Notes under the pieces: model-generated | Told to the model about the DNA's origin: nothing | What the model saw: the letters and a program-made list of their open reading frames with translations, nothing else | Databases searched by the model: none | IMG/VR virus record: IMGVR_UViG_3300025390_000012 | Span: 1 to 48,607 of that record | Reading direction: 5' to 3' (one strand) | Source of the DNA: a virus | Taxonomy: Duplodnaviria; Caudoviricetes | DNA length: 48,607 nt | Program-made: the position numbers and the translations under genes | Part shown: positions 21,177 through 27,821 of the stretch, piece after piece | Layout of the letters: every line of letters starts with the position of its first letter | Numbering within the stretch: the stretch's first letter is position 1

Positions 21177-23076
21177 TTATGTATCCCCCGTTAGATGCAA
21201 GTTTCTCCTGCATTTGTTGCCATTCTTCCAAGTTGATTACTTTGCGTGATGCCAACTGAGAACGAGTAGCAAATGGATTCTTGACAAACGTTCCGCCATA
21301 TGCGCCTGCTTGGTTGATGTAGTCACGCATCTGCGTTTCTGCAAACCAGAGGGCCATCGGACCGTCTTGTTTATTTTTAGTACCTGCTGACCAGGTAATC
21401 AATTGCTCGATGAGAGCCTTGATATGTTCGTTATCGGCTCGTGGCAGTTCCAAGAGATTATTCTTTTGATGCTTGCCTTGGCTGTCAACCGAGCCGAATA
21501 GTGGTGCCATTGAGGCTACGCCAAATTCAGCATCCATTTTGTTCGCACCTGTGTAGTGTTGAACGAGGCGGATACCGCGTGAGGCTAAGAATTGGTTGAT
21601 CTTTTCATCTTGTGTCAAGAACAACTGGAAAGCGTTTTTCTCAATTACCCACACCTTTGGCTGATACTTCTCAGTCCAGTGGAAAATCAAGTCTCTGATC
21701 TGCTGTGGTGTAGGTGCTGGCATGCGCGATGCTTCTAGCAGGTAACGCTTGCCTGTGGTTCTATCGCCTGACATGATGACAGAGAATGTGTCACCTGACA
21801 TTGCTGGATCCATTGAAGCAACAATGTATTGGCTGTTCAAATTATCTGGATGACCAGGTGCGCCAGGAATAAGCGGGCCGATGGCTCGCATACCTGAAAC
21901 TGATCCGCGTACGCAGTCAGGGGCAAAGATGGCGGTTGACTCAACATCTTGCTGCTGGTAAACCATAGCCCAAGTCTTTGGGTCAATTAAGCCTCTGCGA
22001 CGACGAAGGTGTGGACCAGACCAGCGCGGATACAATCCATCTTCATCCGCTGGAGTTTCATCAGTATCCCATGGCCGATCAGACTTTGGCCATAACGTGA
22101 TCCACTTTTCAGGATCATCGTCAAATTCGAGTACGGCTGGCATAGCCAGATATGTCCACGGGGACTTGTTATCTGGGTACCGCTCAGGGTTACGCATTTC
22201 GCGGTATAGATCCATAGGATCAACGCGGGTACCTACAACGAGGATTTTACCTGTAGGACCAACACGAGTTAAAACTTCCTGTTGGATCCATCGGATCTGC
22301 TTCTCATACTCGCCAGCGTTGGCAAGAGTTACACAGTCATCAAGGATGATTAGATCAGCACGCGCACCGTAGATCTGTCCACCGATACCAAGGGCTTGGA
22401 CGGTAGGATCCTTTTCACCTGAGTCACGCTCAAGGTAGATGGCATCTTGCGTCCACTTCTCAGCGGTAGCCTTAAAGCCTTCGGCGGGAGCATAGCGACG
22501 CTGAAGTTCTGCCCACTGCGGACTGGTCAAGCGTTGCTTGATGGCGTAAAGAAATTCCTTGGCCATAGCCTGAGTCTTAGATACAAGTTTGATTCTCACA
22601 TTGGGATTTGTAACGATTCGATATGTTACATAGTCAATGGAGACTGTCATGGACTTGGCATGCTCAGGTGGCATGTTGACAAGAACGTAGTTCTTAAATC
22701 CTGGCTCATAGGTCATATTGCCGTGAAGCCAGGCTGGCTCACCTTCCTCAAGAAGTGAGGTGATGTTGCGCTGGTGAGGAAAGGTCTGGGAGTTTAAATA
22801 CTTCGCCCGAAAGTCTTCGAAACTAATGTTCGCGTCATCTTCGCTGATTACGCCTTTTCGCTTCTGGATGACGCGTGAAAGATCCACTGCTTCTTTAAAC
22901 TGCGGATCTGAAACGCGATAATACTCATACGACTTGACGCTCTTGCCGACTGCGCGGCAAGCGTCTTCAATCTTCACCCCATCGGCAATCAGCGCGATAA
23001 GGCGCTTCTTAGCCTCTGGGGCGGATAAAGTTGCCTCTGGGGCAAGTTTATAGTTGTTTGACTTTGGTTTAGCCAT
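21160..23076 (-). CDS. terL: Terminase large subunit with an N-terminal HTH extension
   Basis: Walker A-like NMPPEHAKS, Walker B LIILDD, VGTR coupling motif, nuclease MDPA and QDGPMALWF. Confidence 0.9.
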   Translation of the reverse strand: MAKPKSNNYKLAPEATLSAPEAKKRLIALIADGVKIEDACRAVGKSVKSYEYYRVSDPQFKEAVDLSRVIQKRKGVISEDDANISFEDFRAKYLNSQTFPHQRNITSLLEEGEPAWLHGNMTYEPGFKNYVLVNMPPEHAKSMTVSIDYVTYRIVTNPNVRIKLVSKTQAMAKEFLYAIKQRLTSPQWAELQRRYAPAEGFKATAEKWTQDAIYLERDSGEKDPTVQALGIGGQIYGARADLIILDDCVTLANAGEYEKQIRWIQQEVLTRVGPTGKILVVGTRVDPMDLYREMRNPERYPDNKSPWTYLAMPAVLEFDDDPEKWITLWPKSDRPWDTDETPADEDGLYPRWSGPHLRRRRGLIDPKTWAMVYQQQDVESTAIFAPDCVRGSVSGMRAIGPLIPGAPGHPDNLNSQYIVASMDPAMSGDTFSVIMSGDRTTGKRYLLEASRMPAPTPQQIRDLIFHWTEKYQPKVWVIEKNAFQLFLTQDEKINQFLASRGIRLVQHYTGANKMDAEFGVASMAPLFGSVDSQGKHQKNNLLELPRADNEHIKALIEQLITWSAGTKNKQDGPMALWFAETQMRDYINQAGAYGGTFVKNPFATRSQLASRKVINLEEWQQMQEKLASNGGYISGNRY

Positions 23077-23093
23077 AAACCTATTTCTCCTAC

Positions 23094-23257
23094 CGCGAAG
23101 CGTTGCCTATGGGCAACCCTTGGGTTGTATTTGGGGGGCGCCTGCAGCGCCTAACCCTATGGGTTAAAGGCAGGCCGTAGAGCCTGCCATTGGGTAAACC
23201 GTAGTTCGTCTCAACGGCGCCGTTCGCTTGAGGCTCACTCTGCCGTGAGCCGAACGG
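23094..23257 (-). promoter_or_regulatory. Tandem hairpin array in the terminase leader
   Basis: At least seven adjacent inverted repeats, e.g. TAACCC-TAT-GGGTTA and GGCAGGC-N6-GCCTGCC. Confidence 0.55.
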
Positions 23258-23296
23258 ACAGGGCTGTTTTGTTTTAACCCCTATATATACTAAGGC

Positions 23297-23317
23297 GGGA
23301 TAAATCGCTTTTATCCC
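23297..23317. promoter_or_regulatory. Operator-like palindrome GGGATAAA-N5-TTTATCCC
   Basis: Perfect 8-bp inverted repeat just upstream of a minus-strand TAGTAT -10 candidate (23287-23292). Confidence 0.4.
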
Positions 23318-23327
23318 TATTTGGACC

Positions 23328-23345
23328 GTGTGATGTTAGTCACAC
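23328..23345. promoter_or_regulatory. CRP/GlxR-type binding site
   Basis: GTGTGA-TGTTAG-TCACAC is an exact TGTGA-N6-TCACA consensus. Confidence 0.6.
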
Positions 23346-23482
23346 TAAGTAAAACCGCAGGTCAGAGCCTATATTGGTTTAAAAATAATTACCGTTTGAG
23401 CCTCGGCGCCTATATTTAGAAAAAATATTTTGGTGGATAGTAATAGTATAGATACACCCACGTTAAAAACCCTGGGGTTGAA

Positions 23483-23701
23483 TTGTCCGATTTGCCCGAT
23501 TTATTTGTCGACTTACTGGTGAGTAATGTCCGATTTGATAGCATTTTTTTGTTCGCATTGTCCGAATTGTCGGGGTGGTTTTGTCGGTTACTTGCGGGTA
23601 TTGTCGACAATTACGCCCGCATTTACAACCCGTTTTGTCGACTTTTGGGGCGTTAAGTTACCGATTAGTAACCTTTGGCGGGCGTTTTGGCGTGTTGTCG
23701 G
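23483..23701 (+). repeat. Dispersed TTGTC(C)G repeats in a G/T-skewed tract
   Basis: About nine copies, at approximately 23483, 23506, 23527, 23558, 23567, 23581, 23601, 23635 and 23695. Confidence 0.55.
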
Positions 23702-23721
23702 GTGATTGCGGGTGGACTGTC

Positions 23722-23804
23722 TTATCCACAACATTATCCACAACCTTTTCCACACCCTCGCGCTATCCACAACTTATGCACAGGCACAGGCAACCTGTGG
23801 ACAA
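23722..23804. promoter_or_regulatory. DnaA-box cluster (candidate origin or DnaA sink)
   Basis: TTATCCACA x2, TTTTCCACA, CTATCCACA, TTATGCACA and an inverted TTGTCCACA within 83 bp. Confidence 0.8.
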
Positions 23805-23924
23805 CCCATTAGCACTCACGGGGGCAGACTGCCAATATCACAGGCTTTCCGTTGATTGAACTTTCAACTAATTACCTGCCAAATTGACCCGCAACACGCC
23901 GAAAAAAATATTTCTAAAATGGTG

Positions 23925-23954
23925 TTGACATTTGCAAATTGTTGCCCTTAAACT
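23925..23954 (+). promoter_or_regulatory. Sigma-A-type early promoter
   Basis: TTGACA-18 bp-TAAACT upstream of the plus-strand small-gene cluster. Confidence 0.7.
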
Positions 23955-23997
23955 TGCGCTATCGGCAACACCGCCGAACCTATGGAAGGGTGAAAAA

Positions 23998-24093
23998 ATG
24001 ACTTATTTTTGCGTAAAGTGCAACAAATACGGCACAGAAAAAATCACAATCAACAACCTCTCTCAATGCGCTAAAAATTGCGAGGCAAAATAA
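23998..24093 (+). CDS. 31-aa Cys-rich microprotein
   Basis: MTYFCVKCNKY...QCAKNC; GGAAGGG RBS. Confidence 0.55.
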   Translation: MTYFCVKCNKYGTEKITINNLSQCAKNCEAK

Positions 24094-24094
24094 C

Positions 24095-24295
24095 ATGAGC
24101 AGAACCTCGCTAGATACAATTAAAGACGGCTACGACTACGAGAATCAAGCCTGGTACAAGGGCGGAAAGTATGTCCGCTGTGGACATCCTGACTCAATGG
24201 ATTGCAACTGTTTTGGCAAGATCAACGAGGGCAAAAAAATCATTGTGACACCTGCCATGATTGCACACCTTGTGAACCAATGGGGGAATAACTAA
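24095..24295 (+). CDS. Hypothetical early protein
   Basis: 66 aa; GYDYENQAWY...RCGHP...CNC motif. Confidence 0.7.
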   Translation: MSRTSLDTIKDGYDYENQAWYKGGKYVRCGHPDSMDCNCFGKINEGKKIIVTPAMIAHLVNQWGNN

Positions 24296-24384
24296 TGACC
24301 GAACTTGAACTATTGACAGCACTTGAATCTCTCAATACACTCAGAACATTCATTGAAACTCAACTAGAAAAGATCGGGGCTTAA
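24295..24384 (+). CDS. 29-aa microprotein
   Basis: TAATG-coupled; amphipathic helix MTELELLTALESL... Confidence 0.5.
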   Translation: MTELELLTALESLNTLRTFIETQLEKIGA

Positions 24385-24385
24385 A

Positions 24386-24568
24386 ATGATTACAGCACAC
24401 TACACAATCGGCCGAAATGTACGCGGGAACAGCAATAATGAATACATCACCCGCGAGGAGGATTTTGCGACGATTGACGAACTAGAAAACTTTTTAGCAT
24501 ATAACCGCGCATATATCACAGAACTAACCTTTACAGGCTCAATTAAATACGAGAGCGAGGACAACTAA
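24386..24568 (+). CDS. Hypothetical early protein
   Basis: 60-aa ORF in a tightly packed series. Confidence 0.6.
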   Translation: MITAHYTIGRNVRGNSNNEYITREEDFATIDELENFLAYNRAYITELTFTGSIKYESEDN

Positions 24569-24720
24569 TGCGCCTTACACGTCGCGGGCGTATCGTTGTC
24601 TGGCTTTTAGCCGTCACCGCCCTATTTTTGACAGTGAACTATCTCAATCACCACTACCGAATCACCACCTGCCACAACACCGCCGACGGCGTAGCCTGTG
24701 GCACAACATGGAAGGATTAA
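24568..24720 (+). CDS. 50-aa single-pass membrane protein (MRLTRRGR...)
   Basis: Basic RLTRRGR, a hydrophobic helix, then two Cys; TAATG-coupled. Confidence 0.65.
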   Translation: MRLTRRGRIVVWLLAVTALFLTVNYLNHHYRITTCHNTADGVACGTTWKD

Positions 24721-24723
24721 GAA

Positions 24724-24882
24724 ATGAAAATCGAGATTGACGCCAAGTGGCGCGGGACTTTATTAGAAGTGCTTTATCCTCATTGGCTCGCGCTGAGAGA
24801 AGAAGATAAGGAACTTGGAATTAACAGAGCGGACGCCTTCTATAATCTTATTTCAGAAATTACGAGAGCGGAAAGTAAATAA
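24724..24882 (+). CDS. 52-aa hypothetical protein
   Basis: Hand translation; GGAAGG RBS; stop codon abuts the hammerhead. Confidence 0.55.
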   Translation: MKIEIDAKWRGTLLEVLYPHWLALREEDKELGINRADAFYNLISEITRAESK

Positions 24883-24937
24883 GGCGAAACGGGCTTACCG
24901 CCCGTCTAGGCGTGTCGCGCCTACTGATGAGCCTACA
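24882..24937 (+). ncRNA. Type II hammerhead ribozyme
   Basis: AGGC-GAAA-CGGGC(UUACC)GCCCG-UC^-UAGGCG(UGUCG)CGCCUA-CUGAUGA-GCCU. All core nucleotides and three stems are present; predicted cleavage after C24906. Confidence 0.92.
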
Positions 24938-24968
24938 GATTAAGGCAACCCTATGGAAGGGGCTAGAA

Positions 24969-25373
24969 ATGTCATTTACAACTATGGAGGAGAAAACTCT
25001 CCCCGAACTATGCGAGATGTACGGCATAGAACTAGAACTAAAACGCACCAAAACACCTGCCAATGCCTCACAGTGGCAAAAAGATAGTAACGCATGGCTA
25101 GCCATTCTGTCCTACGACGGCTACAACGTCGCTGTGCCTTACTACACGGGCAAGGCGGTAAGACAGACAACTGTCGCGGACGTAATTAATGCGATAGCAA
25201 GTGATTACAACATCCACCAATCTTGCCAGACCTTGAAATGTTTCGGTGATTGTTTTGGGTGGGACGAAAACACAGCAAGCGTGTGGGACGCTGTCGGTTA
25301 CAACGCGAAACTGTGGGAAGGCTTTATCCCTAGCGCACACCTACGCGAAATGATTGGGGCGTGTGACTACTAA
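24969..25373 (+). CDS. Hypothetical early protein
   Basis: Start moved to ATG 24969 (GGAAGGGG RBS); 134 aa. Confidence 0.7.
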   Translation: MSFTTMEEKTLPELCEMYGIELELKRTKTPANASQWQKDSNAWLAILSYDGYNVAVPYYTGKAVRQTTVADVINAIASDYNIHQSCQTLKCFGDCFGWDENTASVWDAVGYNAKLWEGFIPSAHLREMIGACDY

Positions 25374-25522
25374 TGACTATTTATTACGAAAAGACTTTTC
25401 AAGGCGCGTGGGTGTTGTCTGCCTCCGTCGGTGGCTACTACGAACGACGCCAATTTATGGGCTACACCAAAAAAGAGGCAACGCGCCTATTCCGCGAATA
25501 TGTAAAGGGGCTAAGCAAATGA
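25373..25522 (+). CDS. 49-aa hypothetical protein
   Basis: GAWVLS...FMGYTKKEA...F; coupled at both ends. Confidence 0.65.
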   Translation: MTIYYEKTFQGAWVLSASVGGYYERRQFMGYTKKEATRLFREYVKGLSK

Positions 25523-25824
25523 AAGGTTATTTTGTAGAGGATTTGCAGGGCAATTACTTTTTCCAGATCGAAAATTGGGGGCTATTCGCCACTCAAAAAG
25601 AGATTGCCGACACTATCCGCGATTTTCCCGACTTTCACGACGGGTGCGAAGAAAACGAGGATTGCAACAACGACAATTGCGCAATAAGCAATTTGCCAGA
25701 TTACGCCCTTTTTGAGATTTGGCAATTTCGCCCACATCGTGCCACACCCTCGCAATTTGAACGATTTGGCTACAAGCCCAGCGACATTGAAAACGATTGG
25801 AACGACGAAAGCGACATGGCATAA
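25519..25824 (+). CDS. Acidic hypothetical protein
   Basis: Start at ATG 25519 (ATGA overlap, AAGGGG RBS); 101 aa. Confidence 0.65.
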   Translation: MKGYFVEDLQGNYFFQIENWGLFATQKEIADTIRDFPDFHDGCEENEDCNNDNCAISNLPDYALFEIWQFRPHRATPSQFERFGYKPSDIENDWNDESDMA

Positions 25825-25962
25825 ATGGCTAAAGATAAGTTAATTCTAGCCGTCGCGCTTACCTGCTTATTGGATAACTTTCAATTCGATCAAGAGGATT
25901 TTGCGGATTTTGATTTTCAAGAACAGGACATCATCAACCTAATGGAAAGGATGAAGGTATGA
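25825..25962 (+). CDS. 45-aa hypothetical protein
   Basis: Hand translation; abuts both neighbours. Confidence 0.5.
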   Translation: MAKDKLILAVALTCLLDNFQFDQEDFADFDFQEQDIINLMERMKV

Positions 25963-26129
25963 CACGCCTCGACTATTGGAAACAGCAAGCACGAGAGGCA
26001 GAGGCAGATTTTTATCGCCTCAACGCTGAGCAGGACAAGGTGGACGAAACTGTCACCGCCCTGGTTGATCTAATCCGCGCCTCTCGCGAAATGGAGAAGA
26101 TAGAAGGCAACCTGCCCGAATGGCTATAA
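25959..26129 (+). CDS. 56-aa helical hypothetical protein
   Basis: MTRLDYWKQQA...; ATGA overlap. Confidence 0.55.
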   Translation: MTRLDYWKQQAREAEADFYRLNAEQDKVDETVTALVDLIRASREMEKIEGNLPEWL

Positions 26130-26278
26130 CAGCCTCAATCTATCAGCACGACTACGAGGCGGGCGAGTGGGTGACTACTTGCCCGACTTGTGGCGTTGTT
26201 GCGTATTATCCCACCTTGCGGGAAACACTCAAGCAACACATTAGACATACACGTACAAAATGTCTAAATGGGTATTGA
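26120..26278 (+). CDS. 52-aa zinc-finger-like protein
   Basis: CPTC...HxxH...C pattern. Confidence 0.55.
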   Translation: MAITASIYQHDYEAGEWVTTCPTCGVVAYYPTLRETLKQHIRHTRTKCLNGY

Positions 26279-26323
26279 AAAAATAACCGATCAAGCCGTG
26301 TAAGTCGGTTAAACCGATCAACT

Positions 26324-26418
26324 ACGCCCGCGCATACGCCTTTGGCAGCGTATCAAGCCCCTTGATACGCGTGACGAGTGAATTGCTTGCACTTCACTCT
26401 CGCAGCGCGGGTGTTTTT
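26324..26418 (+). ncRNA. Candidate multi-branched structured RNA / terminator
   Basis: 10-bp closing stem enclosing three hairpins, followed by a T-run. Confidence 0.5.
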
Positions 26419-26500
26419 ATTCTTGACAAAGCCGTGAAATACGGATTAACTACCACTACCGCCCGCGCAATCGTACGGGCAACCATGAAAGGGAAACTAA

Positions 26501-26650
26501 GTGAGCATACGCGAACAAAACACGCGAGTATTGCGTGACATTGAGAAGATTACAGAGCGAGCCTTGCACGAAGCGTGGCTTACAGGCTACAACCAGGCTA
26601 TCTACGATATGAACAACGACGTAGATGTAAAGGCAAGTGACAATGAGTAG
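26501..26650 (+). CDS. 49-aa hypothetical protein
   Basis: GTG start after GAAAGGG; AWLTGYNQA motif. Confidence 0.55.
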   Translation: MSIREQNTRVLRDIEKITERALHEAWLTGYNQAIYDMNNDVDVKASDNE

Positions 26651-27080
26651 AGCCGCCTGCTACGAAAACGGCGTTGATCCTGATATTTGGTTCCCCGAAA
26701 CGATGAAACTTCGCTCAGAGGTAAATAAGCGGATCATTGTAGATCAAACAGAGACGAAAAAGGCCCTTCTCGCTATGCAAATTTGCGAGACTTGTCCCAT
26801 AAAAAAGAAGTGTGTTGAAGTTGCTATGCAAGATATGTCCAGCATAGACTATGGCATATATGGCGGAACTTTACCCTTTGAAAGAAGAAAGGCTATTGGT
26901 GCAACAGGTCGCGGATCAGAAGGCGACATTTGGCAGCACAACCTTCGCGCTTTGGCAACCGCGAAAGGCTTAACCCTAATAGATATTCCCCGTAGTGAAA
27001 GGCCAACATCATTTATACAAATGTACCTCGAACAACGCCCAAGACGCGCCGAGCAACCATCGGATTCTTCACCATCATAG
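26643..27080 (+). CDS. whiB: WhiB-family Fe-S transcription regulator
   Basis: AAC...PDIWFP...ICETCPIKKKC...YGIYGG...ERR Wbl signature. Confidence 0.9.
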   Translation: MSRAACYENGVDPDIWFPETMKLRSEVNKRIIVDQTETKKALLAMQICETCPIKKKCVEVAMQDMSSIDYGIYGGTLPFERRKAIGATGRGSEGDIWQHNLRALATAKGLTLIDIPRSERPTSFIQMYLEQRPRRAEQPSDSSPS

Positions 27081-27436
27081 TGATGGCAGTATGGCTCTCA
27101 AATAGCCCTACAAAGGCCGCAAACGACCATCTCACGCCCGCTAAACCCTTTGCCCATACTTTGTACTTACGGCAAGGCGGCAACGCTCGTCAATGGCGTT
27201 GTCTCGTGAAGTTGTGGACAATGGAAAGTAACTGGCGAGTAGCCGCAGTGAACAAGGATGGCGGGGCAAGAGGCATACCTCAAGCCCTGCCAGCCAGCAA
27301 GATGGCGCAATTTGGCCGCGACTATAAGTATGACTACCAAACACAGATCCGATGGGGCTTGCGTTATATCAAAACTCATTGGAATAATAACGCCTGTAAC
27401 GCTCTGGCACACGAGAAGCGTGTCGGGTGGTACTGA
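27008..27436 (+). CDS. Secreted/anchored lytic transglycosylase (lysozyme-like); start uncertain (ATC 27008, ATT 27011 or GTG 27080)
   Basis: CLVKLWTMESNW, ARGIPQALP, QIRWGLRYI and C-terminal GWY SLT-like motifs. Confidence 0.8.
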   Translation: MIYTNVPRTTPKTRRATIGFFTIIVMAVWLSNSPTKAANDHLTPAKPFAHTLYLRQGGNARQWRCLVKLWTMESNWRVAAVNKDGGARGIPQALPASKMAQFGRDYKYDYQTQIRWGLRYIKTHWNNNACNALAHEKRVGWY

Positions 27437-27582
27437 TGGACATTGAGCGAGCAAAGCAGAAGATAGAAGATGCAAAAACATCTGTGCCATTGAATCATAA
27501 AGACTACGAATGGATGGATGGATTTAACCACGGCCTAGATTGGGCCTTGCGTATATTGGAAGGGGATAAAAGCGCATCATGA
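27436..27582 (+). CDS. 48-aa hypothetical protein
   Basis: TGATG-coupled; hand translation. Confidence 0.55.
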   Translation: MDIERAKQKIEDAKTSVPLNHKDYEWMDGFNHGLDWALRILEGDKSAS

Positions 27583-27821
27583 CCCACGACGAACTATTGA
27601 AGAAAATTAAAGCGCAGGAAGAATACTGGACTAATCTTGTTCACTACACCAAGCCTGAATTTTACGAGAATACAGTTGACCAGCGCAACGCATGGCAAGC
27701 CTTGAAGGCTTTGGTGGAATTACACAAGCCAGGCGAAGTGCAAGGCACCTGTAAAGCGTGCGAATTTCACGAATCTTTCTCCTGCCCAACCATCAAAGTT
27801 ATTGAAAGGGAATTGGCATGA
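27579..27821 (+). CDS. Hypothetical protein (MTHDELL...VELHKP...CxxC...CPT)
   Basis: 80-aa ORF with ATGA overlaps. Confidence 0.7.
   Translation: MTHDELLKKIKAQEEYWTNLVHYTKPEFYENTVDQRNAWQALKALVELHKPGEVQGTCKACEFHESFSCPTIKVIERELA

Noticed and set aside
23357-23365. GCAGGTCAG motif, recalled as common in actinobacterial non-coding DNA
   Set aside because: Single copy with no function that can be supported from this sequence
23438-23449. TAG-TAA-TAG-TAT as DnaA-trios
   Set aside because: Short and about 270 bp from the DnaA boxes, whereas trios normally abut a box; could be chance in an AT-rich patch
23483-23804. CRISPR array
   Set aside because: Repeats are 6-9 bp with irregular spacing and no repeat-spacer structure; the Cas4-like gene has no other cas neighbours
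23416-23859. ORFs 23416..23610, 23575..23859 and 23588..23770
   Set aside because: They overlap the repeat and DnaA-box tract, have low-complexity translations and lack an RBS; the region is treated as non-coding
24909-24916. GGCGTGTC copy of the GACACGCC motif, and another at 25961-25968
   Set aside because: The first is explained by hammerhead stem I and the second lies in a start-codon region, so neither was counted as an operator
24912-24968. ORF-track N-terminal extension of 24912..25373
   Set aside because: It runs through the ribozyme; the RBS supports ATG 24969
26423-26452. Promoter at TTGACA 26423
   Set aside because: No TANNNT at 16-19 bp spacing, so it could not be supported as a standard promoter
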